Source: Planctomycetaceae bacterium (GTDB lineage Bacteria; Planctomycetota; Planctomycetia; Pirellulales; Pirellulaceae). Taken from it: a stretch of DNA of 64,000 nt. A program made the position numbers and the translations under genes. This document shows positions 19,864-29,296 of this stretch, piece by piece. Numbering within the stretch: position 1 is the stretch's first letter; every line of letters starts with the position of its first letter. The notes beneath the pieces were generated by a model. It was not told the DNA's origin and did no database searches. It saw only the letters and a list, made by a program, of their open reading frames with translations. The stretch is taken from assembly GCA_024642205.1 (NCBI GenBank), contig JAHEBQ010000032.1, positions 1,129-65,128 on the forward strand, read 5' to 3'.

Positions 19864-20145
19864 ATGAGCATTGCGGTGCGGATTCCGAATTTGTTGCGGG
19901 ACTACTGCAATGGTATCGGCAGCATCGATTTGTCTGCGTCGAATGTCGAATCCGCTTTGCTCGAGCTTAAACAGAATCACCCGGAATTATATGGTTGCGT
20001 TTGTGATGAGACGGGTTCGGTACGACGGCACATCAACCTGTTTGTGAATTCGGAATTTGTTCCAGTCCGTGGCCAATCAGGACTTCTAACTCCGTTAGAA
20101 TCGGGCGACGTGCTTACCATTTGGACAGCTGTTTCGGGAGGTTGA
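19864..20145 (+). CDS. MoaD/ThiS family ubiquitin-like (beta-grasp) protein
   Basis: 93 aa; VRIPNLLR...HPEL...VRRHINLFVN...LESGDVLTIWTAVSGG-stop; free C-terminal Gly-Gly. Confidence 0.92.
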   Translation: MSIAVRIPNLLRDYCNGIGSIDLSASNVESALLELKQNHPELYGCVCDETGSVRRHINLFVNSEFVPVRGQSGLLTPLESGDVLTIWTAVSGG

Positions 20146-20146
20146 G

Positions 20147-21238
20147 ATGGCGGATCGAATTGTGATTGCGGTGGGAACCAAGAAAGGCCTGTTCGTGGCC
20201 GAATCGGGAAAGTCACGGCGCAAATTCGCGCTTCGTGGGCCGTTCGGGTCTGGTGTGGCTGTCTATTCCGCGCTGATCGACAACCGTGGAACTCCGCGAC
20301 TGTATGCGTCCAGCTGCAATCCGTTTTTTGGGATGAAGATCCTTGTGTCAAAAGACCTGGGGAACAAGTTCAAGCCCACCAGATCAGCTCCGGCGTTTCC
20401 CGAGGGGGATGGTCGAGCATTGGCCAACATCTGGTCACTCGAATCCGGCAATGGCAAAAAAGAACTTTGGTGTGGCTCCGAACCGGCAGCACTATTCCGC
20501 AGCGGCGACAATGGCGACTCCTGGGAAATGGTTTCGGGAATCAGCAACCACGACCATGCGCGTCAGTGGCATCCTGGCAATGGCGGACTTTGCATGCACA
20601 CCATTGTCCGTGACGGAGATCGAATGCATCTGGGAATCTCGACGGGTGGACACTATCTCAGCGAGGACGGCGGGGCAACGTTCAACGCGTCCAACCAAGG
20701 CGTTGGTGCCGGCTTTGTTCCTGATCCGTATCCCGAATTTGGTCAATGCGTGCATAAAATCGCGCGGCACGCTGACATGCCAGGACGGTTGTATATGCAA
20801 AACCACGGAGGCTGGGAGGATCGTCCGGGAATTGGCGTATTGCGCAGCGATGACCATGGGCACACCTGGACCTCCATTGCCGACGGTCTACCCTCAGATT
20901 TCGGATTCCCAATTGTCGTCCATCCCCAGAAACCCGAGACGATCTATGTTGTTCCACTGGAGCCGATGACGCGGACTTGCCCGGACGCCAAGCCGGCGGT
21001 TTGGCGCAGTGAGAACGGTGGGAATTCGTGGAAGCGAGTTGCCCGCGGCTTGCCGAAAAAGGACAGCTTCTTCACCGTGTTGCGCGATGCGATGACGATC
21101 GACGAGCTGAAATCGCCGGCGCTCTATTTCGGCACGACGACGGGGCAGTTATGGATGGGGCGGGACGGCGGGGAAGAATGGGAGTGCCTGTTCGATTCAC
21201 TGCCGCCCATTAATTGTGTCAAAGCCGCTATTGTCTGA
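20147..21238 (+). CDS. BNR/Asp-box repeat beta-propeller (sialidase/WD40-YVTN-like), uncharacterised
   Basis: AVGTKKGLF, repeated Asp-boxes (SKDLGNKF, RSGDNGDSW, SEDGGATF, RSDDHGHTW, RSENGGNSW, GRDGGEEW); starts 1 nt after Ubl stop. Confidence 0.88.
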   Translation: MADRIVIAVGTKKGLFVAESGKSRRKFALRGPFGSGVAVYSALIDNRGTPRLYASSCNPFFGMKILVSKDLGNKFKPTRSAPAFPEGDGRALANIWSLESGNGKKELWCGSEPAALFRSGDNGDSWEMVSGISNHDHARQWHPGNGGLCMHTIVRDGDRMHLGISTGGHYLSEDGGATFNASNQGVGAGFVPDPYPEFGQCVHKIARHADMPGRLYMQNHGGWEDRPGIGVLRSDDHGHTWTSIADGLPSDFGFPIVVHPQKPETIYVVPLEPMTRTCPDAKPAVWRSENGGNSWKRVARGLPKKDSFFTVLRDAMTIDELKSPALYFGTTTGQLWMGRDGGEEWECLFDSLPPINCVKAAIV

Positions 21239-21523
21239 GCCTGTTCTCCATCGGCACTTGATTTTGACCCCCGTTCGCCAAACTCACCGGTGCCGGGATT
21301 CAGCTCGAACAAGACTTGACATCAGAAACATCTGGAGTGATTCTTTGGCAAGTCCGGTCCACGCAAAAATGAAAATGGGCGTTGCGAGGTGTTATTATTC
21401 TGGATTCCGCAATCTCGGGGCTCGCCATCTAACGCGGAAACCCGGTTGCAAGGGCAAACGCTGGCGACTTTTCAACCTCGAAAACCTCGTTGACGAGATC
21501 CAGCTCCCGATTGGAAACACACC

Positions 21524-23119
21524 ATGCCATTACGTTTGATAACCTGCTTCCTCAGTTTGATCGCGTGTCTCACCAACGTGTGTTTGGCGGAGCAACCGAA
21601 TGTTCTGTTCATCGCGGTGGATGACCTGCGTCCGGAACTGGGCTGTTATGGTTCGCCTATTGCGAAAACGCCCAACATGGACAAACTGGCTTCGCAGGGG
21701 TTGTTATTCAATCGTGCTTATTGCCAGCAAGCCATCTGCCGTCCATCACGGGCAAGCTTGCTGACGGGAGCCCGTCCGGAAACAACGGGTTTGTTTCACA
21801 ACTACGTTTCGCTGCGAGAACTCAGACCGAGTATTCTTACCCTGCCGCAGCATTTCATCGCCAATGGTTACGAGACGGCGTACTGCGGAAAAATCTTTCA
21901 CCCAGGTGACACCGACGAAGCACACTCATGGAGCCGCAGCCCTGCCAAAATCAGGATTAAAAAACCGGTCGGCTATGCGCTCCGGGAAAACATCGAGATG
22001 AGGAACGAGAACCTGAAGCAGATGATCGCCCGGTATGGCGAGACAGGCAAGCGAGGACTTGGGAGCGGCCCGGCATACGAATGCGCTGACGTTCCGGATG
22101 TGACCTACGCGGATGGCTACAATACGCAGCAAGCAATCGCTACGCTCAGGGAGATGGTGAAACAGGACAAGCCATTCTTTCTTGCGTTGGGGTTCAAACT
22201 TCCTCACCTCAATTGGGTCGCGCCGAAAAAGTACTGGGATCTTTACGAACCGGAGAAAATTCCGTTGGCGACGCAAACCAGCGCTCCGGAAAACGGCGCA
22301 GCGATGGGGCTTCATGCTTCCTTTGAACTACGCACCCGCGCGGGAATTCCCAAAATCGGACCGATCGAGCCCGAACTTGCCAACACCCTCAAGCATGCTT
22401 ACCTGGCCAGTGTCAGTTACGTCGATGCTCAATTGGGCCTCATGATTGACGCGCTGGAGGAAACAGGCGTTCGTAACAACACGATCATTATTCTCTGGAG
22501 CGATCACGGTTGGCACCTTGGTGACATGGGCGTGTGGGGTAAAGCCACAAATTATGAAATGGGCACACGGGTTCCGATGATGATCTGGACACCCGACATG
22601 AAAGCGCGAGGCGCATCCACCGACGCGCTGGTTGAGTTGGTCGACATTTATCCGACGCTTTGTGAACTCGCAGACATCTCCCTACCGGACCACCTCGAAG
22701 GAAAAAGTTTTCTGCCGCTGCTTGATGATCCGCACCTGCCATGGAAGGACGCCGCGTTCAGCCAGTTTCCCAACCCGGCGCTCCGCGAATGGGCAGCCAA
22801 TCCACTTTCCCCTGCCATGCGTGAGACGTTCTTCGGACCCTTGATCAAAGAAGTCGAGGGACGCATCATCAGGCAACAGGGAGGCAAGTGGAATCGTGAG
22901 TTGTTTGAAGACCATTTGATGGGCTATTCGATGCGAACAGACCGATATCGGCTGGTCCAATGGCTGGATCACCGGTCCAAAGATTCCGATCCAGTGTTTG
23001 TGGAACTGTACGATCACGAAACGGACCCAATGGAAACGGTCAATGTAGCGGCCGATCATCCAGATGTTGTAAGTAACCTGAGTCAACGACTTTCAGTTCA
23101 GATAGACTGGAAAAAATAG
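21524..23119 (+). CDS. Sulfatase, iduronate-2-sulfatase-like
   Basis: QPNVLFIAVDDLRPELGCYG, CQQAICRPSRASLLTG, LGFKLPHL, WSDHGWHLG. Confidence 0.95.
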   Translation: MPLRLITCFLSLIACLTNVCLAEQPNVLFIAVDDLRPELGCYGSPIAKTPNMDKLASQGLLFNRAYCQQAICRPSRASLLTGARPETTGLFHNYVSLRELRPSILTLPQHFIANGYETAYCGKIFHPGDTDEAHSWSRSPAKIRIKKPVGYALRENIEMRNENLKQMIARYGETGKRGLGSGPAYECADVPDVTYADGYNTQQAIATLREMVKQDKPFFLALGFKLPHLNWVAPKKYWDLYEPEKIPLATQTSAPENGAAMGLHASFELRTRAGIPKIGPIEPELANTLKHAYLASVSYVDAQLGLMIDALEETGVRNNTIIILWSDHGWHLGDMGVWGKATNYEMGTRVPMMIWTPDMKARGASTDALVELVDIYPTLCELADISLPDHLEGKSFLPLLDDPHLPWKDAAFSQFPNPALREWAANPLSPAMRETFFGPLIKEVEGRIIRQQGGKWNRELFEDHLMGYSMRTDRYRLVQWLDHRSKDSDPVFVELYDHETDPMETVNVAADHPDVVSNLSQRLSVQIDWKK

Positions 23120-23256
23120 TCTTGTGTCGACACTTGCGGTAAACCGGTAAATCAAGGGACGCCAGAAAGAACTAACCTAGCTCGTGACCGGAAACAGCCC
23201 CGCTTGTCGCCAGAAAATTCGCAACCGGCGAATCCGATAACGAACCCCAGGATTTC

Positions 23257-26091
23257 ATGATCACCAACGACACGAATTCAAAGACGTTACGCCTGATCAC
23301 GGGCGTGGCCTGCGCATTCCTGTTCCTGATTCCATTGCTGCACGCTGACGAGATCGACTTCCATCGGGATATTCTGCCGATCTTGAAGGAAAACTGTTTT
23401 GACTGCCATGGTCCCGACGAACAGGAATCCGAATTCCGCGTCGACAATCGCGTCTCACTTTTGAAAGGGGGGGACCTTGGCGAGCCGGCGGTCGTACCTG
23501 GTGACATTGCCAAAAGCGTTTTGATCACTGCCGTTTCTTACGAGGACTCCAATCTTGAGATGCCGCCGGACGACAAGTTAAGCGAAGAAAAGATTGCATT
23601 ACTCCGGCGTTGGGTCAAGGAAGGTGCGGTTTGGCCTGGTCAGATGCAGGCCAAAGTCGAACGCGAGAAGTCGGACCACTGGTCATTTCAACCAATCGCC
23701 CGACCCAGGCTCCCGACCAGCAGGTCCACTTCTATGGCCCGAAATGAAGTCGATATCTTCCTTCAGTCCAAACTTGATAACGAGGGCATTTCCGTTTCCC
23801 CGGAAGCCGATCCGCGCACGTTGATCCGGCGGGCTTCCATTGTGCTCACGGGATTGCCGCCAACCACCGAACAGGTAGCGGATTTTCAAACAGCGTATGC
23901 CCGGGATGCTGAGAAGGCTTACGCTGGTTTGGTCGATGACCTGCTGGAATCGCCCCACTTTGGCGAGCGCTGGGCCCAACATTGGCTCGATGTGATTCGC
24001 TGGGCGGAGACCAACGGATCCGAAAGCAACATGTACCGTAAAAATGCCTGGATATACCGCGATTACGTGATTCGTTCTTTCAACGATGACAAACCTTACG
24101 ATCGATTCATCGCGGAACAATTGGCCGGTGATACCCTGGGAACTGGCGACGCAACCGGTTTCCTTGTGGCAGGACCTCACGTCCCGCCTGCAACCGTTGG
24201 CCGGGAACCGTCAGCACAACGACAGGCCCGTGCCGACCGATTGGACGAAGTCTTGCAAACCATCGGGGCATCGATGATGGGAGTCACGATCGGATGCGCT
24301 CGCTGCCACAACCACAAATTCGATCCGATCTCGATCAAAGACTACTACTCGATGACCTCCGCATTCCAGGACGTTGAGTTTGGCAGTCGTATTCCGGAAT
24401 ACTCCGAAGATCATCCCCGGCGCATTGGCGCAAGTGAACTTTGGCCTGAAATCGCAAAAAGCCGCCGCCTGCTTCGCCAAACTGGACCATGGGTCGAAGT
24501 CTCACTCGGATATGACGAACTCCATTTCAATCCCGTTGAAACGACGGCCGTGCGAGTCGAATTTCTGCAGCCCAATATACGCGTCGATGAATTGGAGTTT
24601 TTTGGCCGGAAACAGGGAAACCAGAATCTGGTTGACCACCTTGAACCCGTGACGGTCAGGCAAAACCAAAACCTTGCGGAAGCTAACGAACTCCACGTAC
24701 TCAACGATGGCGAATATGGGACGATGGCCTGGACCTGCAAATCGGGCAAAGGAAACAGGGAGCGACCCTGGGTTGAATTCGCCTTCGACTCTCCCAGGTC
24801 GCTCGACCGAATGCGAATCAGTACCAACCGGGAAGACTCCCTGGTCACGGACTACCTGACCGGATTGAACCCCAAGGGGTTTGGCAAAACGATCGTCAAA
24901 GTCAAAACGGAAGACGGCCAGTGGCAGCAGGTCGCCCACACGGGGAACATCGAACGAAACAACCACCAGAAGCCGGAGCGGGCAGCCGCGTTAGCCGAAA
25001 TCCAGAAACGGCTGGAGTTGCTCTCCGAAGAAGGTCTGAAGCCAAGTTTTATCGGCCGTTTTATTCGACCCTCAAACTCATATGTGCTTCGGCGCGGGAG
25101 TCCCGAAAACCCGGGTGACGAGGTCTTGCCAGCCGGACTGGCCGAATTGAATGGCGAACTTGGCCTGGCGCCGGATGCGAGTGGCAAAAAACGTCGCGCC
25201 GCGTTTGCCAACTGGCTGATCCAGAAAGAAAACCCTCTAACGGCGCGCGTGATGGTCAACCGGATTTGGCATCATGTTTTTGGAACCGGGATTGTTTCGA
25301 CGACCAGCGATTTTGGTAAAGCGGGCACGTCGCCGACGCATCCCGAGCTGCTCGATTGGCTGGCAAGCGAATTCATCGAGCCAACCGTCGACGGGCGACC
25401 CTTGACCAGTAACGGAGACGAAGTCCGAACCGAAAGTGCCAGGCCATTGTCCCCGTGGTCCACTAAACACATGATCCGCCTGATGGTCATGTCCCATGCA
25501 TTTCGTCAACAAAGCCTGCCACGAGTCGATTGCCTGCAGGTCGACGCCGGGGACCGACTGCTTTGGCGTTACGCACCCAGACGAGTCGAAGCCGAAGTCA
25601 TTCGTGATTCGATCCTGCAGGCGTCGGGGTCACTCGACAATACGATCGGTGGACGGAGTTATCGGATCCATAACGTAAAAAAACGCTACGCCCAATGGGA
25701 AGTCGTCGATAACCATGGCCCTCAAACCTGGCGTCGATTGATTTACCAGGAACGAATGAGAAGAGTCGACGACCAGAATTTTACGGCCTTCGATTTTCCG
25801 GACTGCGGTCAAATTCGCGCCAGACGGCCGGTTTCAACAACGCCGCTTCAGGCACTTAACTTGATGAACAGCGAATTCGTGGTGGAACAATCGAAGCTGA
25901 TCGCCCAGCGAGCCAGAAAGGAAACCGGCGGTGATGAGGCGTTAGCGCTCAAACGATGTTTTCAGTTGCTTCTGAACCGCGAACCGGCGATTGACGAAAT
26001 CGAATTATGCACTGAAATTTCGCAACAGGAAGGACTCGACATCGTCTGCCGGGCATTGATCAATTCGAACGAGTTTGCATTTCTGCAATAA
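23257..26091 (+). CDS. Planctomycete cytochrome c + DUF1549 (PSCyt2) + DUF1553 (PSD1) protein
   Basis: ENCFDCHG heme motif, MPP, HWSFQP, FGERWAQHWLDVIRWAET, GCARCHNHKFDP, NPLTARVMVNRIWHH, HPELLDWLA, TTPLQALNLMN. Confidence 0.95.
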   Translation: MITNDTNSKTLRLITGVACAFLFLIPLLHADEIDFHRDILPILKENCFDCHGPDEQESEFRVDNRVSLLKGGDLGEPAVVPGDIAKSVLITAVSYEDSNLEMPPDDKLSEEKIALLRRWVKEGAVWPGQMQAKVEREKSDHWSFQPIARPRLPTSRSTSMARNEVDIFLQSKLDNEGISVSPEADPRTLIRRASIVLTGLPPTTEQVADFQTAYARDAEKAYAGLVDDLLESPHFGERWAQHWLDVIRWAETNGSESNMYRKNAWIYRDYVIRSFNDDKPYDRFIAEQLAGDTLGTGDATGFLVAGPHVPPATVGREPSAQRQARADRLDEVLQTIGASMMGVTIGCARCHNHKFDPISIKDYYSMTSAFQDVEFGSRIPEYSEDHPRRIGASELWPEIAKSRRLLRQTGPWVEVSLGYDELHFNPVETTAVRVEFLQPNIRVDELEFFGRKQGNQNLVDHLEPVTVRQNQNLAEANELHVLNDGEYGTMAWTCKSGKGNRERPWVEFAFDSPRSLDRMRISTNREDSLVTDYLTGLNPKGFGKTIVKVKTEDGQWQQVAHTGNIERNNHQKPERAAALAEIQKRLELLSEEGLKPSFIGRFIRPSNSYVLRRGSPENPGDEVLPAGLAELNGELGLAPDASGKKRRAAFANWLIQKENPLTARVMVNRIWHHVFGTGIVSTTSDFGKAGTSPTHPELLDWLASEFIEPTVDGRPLTSNGDEVRTESARPLSPWSTKHMIRLMVMSHAFRQQSLPRVDCLQVDAGDRLLWRYAPRRVEAEVIRDSILQASGSLDNTIGGRSYRIHNVKKRYAQWEVVDNHGPQTWRRLIYQERMRRVDDQNFTAFDFPDCGQIRARRPVSTTPLQALNLMNSEFVVEQSKLIAQRARKETGGDEALALKRCFQLLLNREPAIDEIELCTEISQQEGLDIVCRALINSNEFAFLQ

Positions 26092-26094
26092 GCC

Positions 26095-27600
26095 ATGAAC
26101 CACCCAGAACACCTGTCGCTCCGCGGTCGACGATTACTTGACCGTCGCAATTTCCTTCACACGGCCGGACTTTCAACCGCCGGGTTGGCGCTCACCAGCC
26201 TGCTCGCCGCCGAAGGCCTGCTGGGGGATGACGATGTAAAGACCGTCAGTGGCAAGCAGCCGATTCGTCCCTCATTCAGTGCAGAAAATCCTTATGCTCC
26301 GCGTGAATCCCACTTTGAGGCGGCCGCGAAACAGCTGCTGGTCATTTATTGTCCCGGCGCGGTCAGCCACATCGACACGTTCGATTACAAGCCCGCATTG
26401 ACGAAGTTGCACGGCCAAAAGCCGCCTGGTATTCCTGCGGTCACGTTCGAAGGACCAACTGGCACAATCGCCAAACCGTTTTGGGAATTCAAGCCGCGCG
26501 GCGAAACAGGGAAAATGGTTTCCGATTTACTGCCAAACCTTGCCCGTCAGGTCGATGATTTCTGCTTTTTCCATGCCCTGACGACCGACACAAGCGCCCA
26601 CCCTCAAGGCGAAAACTTCATGAACACCGGGTTCACAATGGAAGGCTTCCCCTCGCTGGGAGCCTGGGTGACCTATGCACTGGGCACAGAAAACCAGGAG
26701 CTTCCAGCATTTGTGGCGATCAATGACCCGAGAGGCATGGCGCGTAGCGGCAAGAACAATTTTGGTTGTGGGTTTCTCCCAGCCGCGTTTCAGGGAACGG
26801 ACTTCAACGCCAAACGTCCGCCTTCGAATCTCTATCGCCCCCAGTCGTACTCGGGCCGAACCGACAAGCGAACCGTTGAACTTCTGCAGAGACTCAATGC
26901 AAAACATCTTCAACAGTACCCCGGCGACGCGAATCTGGCCGGCCGAATCGCAAGCTACGAACTCGCCGGAAAAATGCAAACCTCCGTTCCGGAGGTCATG
27001 GGCATCAGCGGAGAAACCGAATCAACACTCCAATCCTATGGTGTTGATTCAGGATCCGACCTAAAGCAAGAGTATGCAAAAAACTGCATTCTCGCGCGGC
27101 GATTGATCGAGCAGGGAGTCCGCGTCGTTCAACTGTTCAACGGCAGCGACCCTGCTGGAGGGAACGGAATCACCAATTGGGATTCGCATGCCAACATCGC
27201 TCAGACCCACGCCCTGCAGGCAGAAATCATGGACCAACCAACCGCCGCCTTGATCGCCGACCTCAAACAACGTGGATTGCTTGAGCACACGCTGGTTGTT
27301 TGGGCAACTGAATTTGGCCGGATGCCGTTTCTGCAAGCCAACGGAACCGGCCGCGATCACAATCCTGATGCGTTTACCTGTTTCTTGACCGGTGCCGGCG
27401 TGAAGCCTGGTTTCAGCCACGGTGAAAGCGACCAGTTCGGGTTCAAAGCCGCCGTCGATACAACCAGCGTTTACGACTTCAACGCCACGTTGCTTCACCT
27501 GATGGGGCTCGATCACGAGCGGCTCACGTACTACCACAACGGCCTCGAACGCCGCTTGACGAATGTCCACGGACACGTCGTGAAAGAAGTGTTGGCGTAG
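26095..27600 (+). CDS. DUF1501 domain protein (Tat-exported), partner of PSD1 protein
   Basis: LDRRNFL twin-arginine motif, GAVSHIDTFDYKP, LARRLIEQGVRVVQL, WDSH, VWATEFGRMP, GRDHNP, HERLTY; 3 nt after PSD1 stop. Confidence 0.95.
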   Translation: MNHPEHLSLRGRRLLDRRNFLHTAGLSTAGLALTSLLAAEGLLGDDDVKTVSGKQPIRPSFSAENPYAPRESHFEAAAKQLLVIYCPGAVSHIDTFDYKPALTKLHGQKPPGIPAVTFEGPTGTIAKPFWEFKPRGETGKMVSDLLPNLARQVDDFCFFHALTTDTSAHPQGENFMNTGFTMEGFPSLGAWVTYALGTENQELPAFVAINDPRGMARSGKNNFGCGFLPAAFQGTDFNAKRPPSNLYRPQSYSGRTDKRTVELLQRLNAKHLQQYPGDANLAGRIASYELAGKMQTSVPEVMGISGETESTLQSYGVDSGSDLKQEYAKNCILARRLIEQGVRVVQLFNGSDPAGGNGITNWDSHANIAQTHALQAEIMDQPTAALIADLKQRGLLEHTLVVWATEFGRMPFLQANGTGRDHNPDAFTCFLTGAGVKPGFSHGESDQFGFKAAVDTTSVYDFNATLLHLMGLDHERLTYYHNGLERRLTNVHGHVVKEVLA

Positions 27601-27606
27601 AGCATC

Positions 27607-27884
27607 AAAAAAAACAACTTGCGAATCGAAACGTCGTTTCACCGGATTGAACTTCGAGCAGCAGGTCGGATCGAGAGCGACCCGAATATCGATTCGCAAT
27701 GCATTCGCGAATTCTTGCAGGTCCTGTTTGAAAATAAACTGGCGGCAGTTGTTGCTGCCGCCGCATCGCAAAGCCACTGCCTGGACGTCGCTGCAGCAAA
27801 GGGACAGCGACCGATCCGCTTCCAGAACCAACGGAATCCGTCGCCAGCGAACCGGTTCGTTTTGGAGCTGATGTCAGAATCCAA
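27607..27884 (-). pseudogene. ISAzo13-family (Rhodopirellula-type DDE) transposase remnant, frameshifted
   Basis: Two frames join at about 27764: TNRFAGDGFRWFWKRIGR...WLCD / GGSNNCRQFIFKQDLQEFANALRIDIRVALDPTCCSKFNPVKRRF, matching the family pattern LCD(C/G)GGSN...LQ..A...I.V.HYP...SK.NP.E.R; degenerate sequence may extend to about 28030. Confidence 0.8.
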
Positions 27885-28157
27885 GTGGCCCTAAACAACC
27901 TCATCGACAAAAACAACGAGGGGCGTCGATCGCAAACGGGGATTATGATTTTTTTGCGCCCCACCCGCTGTTTTTATGGGTGGTCCATGGCGGAAGTTAT
28001 CTTTTTTTGACGCCAAAGCACAACAACCAGGGAAAGCCAACTCAGGTTCCAACGTGCCGGAAAATCCTCTCATTCTGGCTTCGCAGGTCTGGCCTGCCAT
28101 TGCGTCGCGCGGCGCTGTGCGGCATGAATTGGCATCCCCGGCGCGATCATTGCAAAC

Positions 28158-29162
28158 CTATTTGACCCGCACCAGTTTCATGATCCGGCCCGATACGTTC
28201 CAGTCCTGGACATAGAGATTGCCATCCCTGTCCCAATAGGATCCATGAGTGCCGTTGAAAATGCCCTCGATCCATTGCTCCTGGGGAACATTGAAACTCC
28301 CCCTCGTCTTGGGATCCGGATTGTGGCCGAGAACAGCCATGATCGTGTTGCTCTTGTCTAGGATGACCAACCGACCATGCAAATCCGGAACCGAAACATA
28401 ATCGCCCTGAATCGCCACCGAGGTCGGCATGCCCAAACCTGTCACTACTTCTTCAATGTATTCTCCGTCGAGATCATAATGCAGCAGTCGACCTTTCGGT
28501 TCGTGATTTCGATCACAAATCAGAAGCCGCGGCGGTTCGTAACGCGTATCCAGGGTCATCCCGTGGGCAGTATTGAATTGCTTCAGTCCGTTCCCTTTTT
28601 CACCGAAGTGCATCAGGTACTTGCCGTTTTTGTCGAACTTGAAAATGTGGTTGCTCGCATATCCATTGGACAAAAAAATGTCACCGTTGGGTGCGACCGT
28701 GATGGCGGTGGGATTGAATTTGATCGGTCCCAGACCTGATTCTTCCGGGTAAGGGAGCTTCAAGACGATCTCACCCCCCTTGATGTTGAACTTGATTCCC
28801 TCGGCGTCATTGTTGCGGGCTCCGTAGATGAATTCGCCATCTCCTTCTTCGCGGATTTCCATATCATGAATATTGGAATACTTGTCTCCGAGGTACTCGT
28901 GGATCACTTTGCCGTCCGGCGAAAAAACAACGACGCCTTTCTTCGCACTCGTGTAGATGTTGCCCGCTTTGTCGATTACGACCGCCCCGTGCGTCGAGCC
29001 GAGGGCAGAGTTCCCGTCCGGTCGAAGTCCCCAGCCAGGCACGGTATCAAAGGTCATCATGCCACAGCCCATTCGGACCGGTTGGGCGTCGTCCCGGGCA
29101 AACGCCGGCAGGGTCATCGCTAGCGTGATCGCGGTCGCAACCCAAGTTGAACAATATCTCAT
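28158..29162 (-). CDS. Secreted NHL-repeat six-bladed beta-propeller (PAL-like)
   Basis: Start 29162 with signal peptide MRYCSTWVATAITLAMTLPAFA; THGAVVIDKAGNIY, PTAITVAPNGDIFLSNGY, FNTAHGMTLD, THGSYWDRDGNLYVQDWN. Confidence 0.85.
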   Translation of the reverse strand: MRYCSTWVATAITLAMTLPAFARDDAQPVRMGCGMMTFDTVPGWGLRPDGNSALGSTHGAVVIDKAGNIYTSAKKGVVVFSPDGKVIHEYLGDKYSNIHDMEIREEGDGEFIYGARNNDAEGIKFNIKGGEIVLKLPYPEESGLGPIKFNPTAITVAPNGDIFLSNGYASNHIFKFDKNGKYLMHFGEKGNGLKQFNTAHGMTLDTRYEPPRLLICDRNHEPKGRLLHYDLDGEYIEEVVTGLGMPTSVAIQGDYVSVPDLHGRLVILDKSNTIMAVLGHNPDPKTRGSFNVPQEQWIEGIFNGTHGSYWDRDGNLYVQDWNVSGRIMKLVRVK

Positions 29163-29296
29163 GGTCTGGTTTCCTGGTTTTTCTTTCAATGTGACGACTC
29201 CGGAGGAAGGACCCATGATAGCCGAACTTTCGCCGGTCGTCGTGCGGGCCGAGGAGGGTTCCAGGTTGGAATTTGAAACTCCCGGTAGAGCCTCGA

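Noticed and set aside
27061-27831. 256-aa minus-strand ORF as a real gene
   Set aside because: Mostly antisense shadow of DUF1501; only its first ~75 codons belong to the transposase relic
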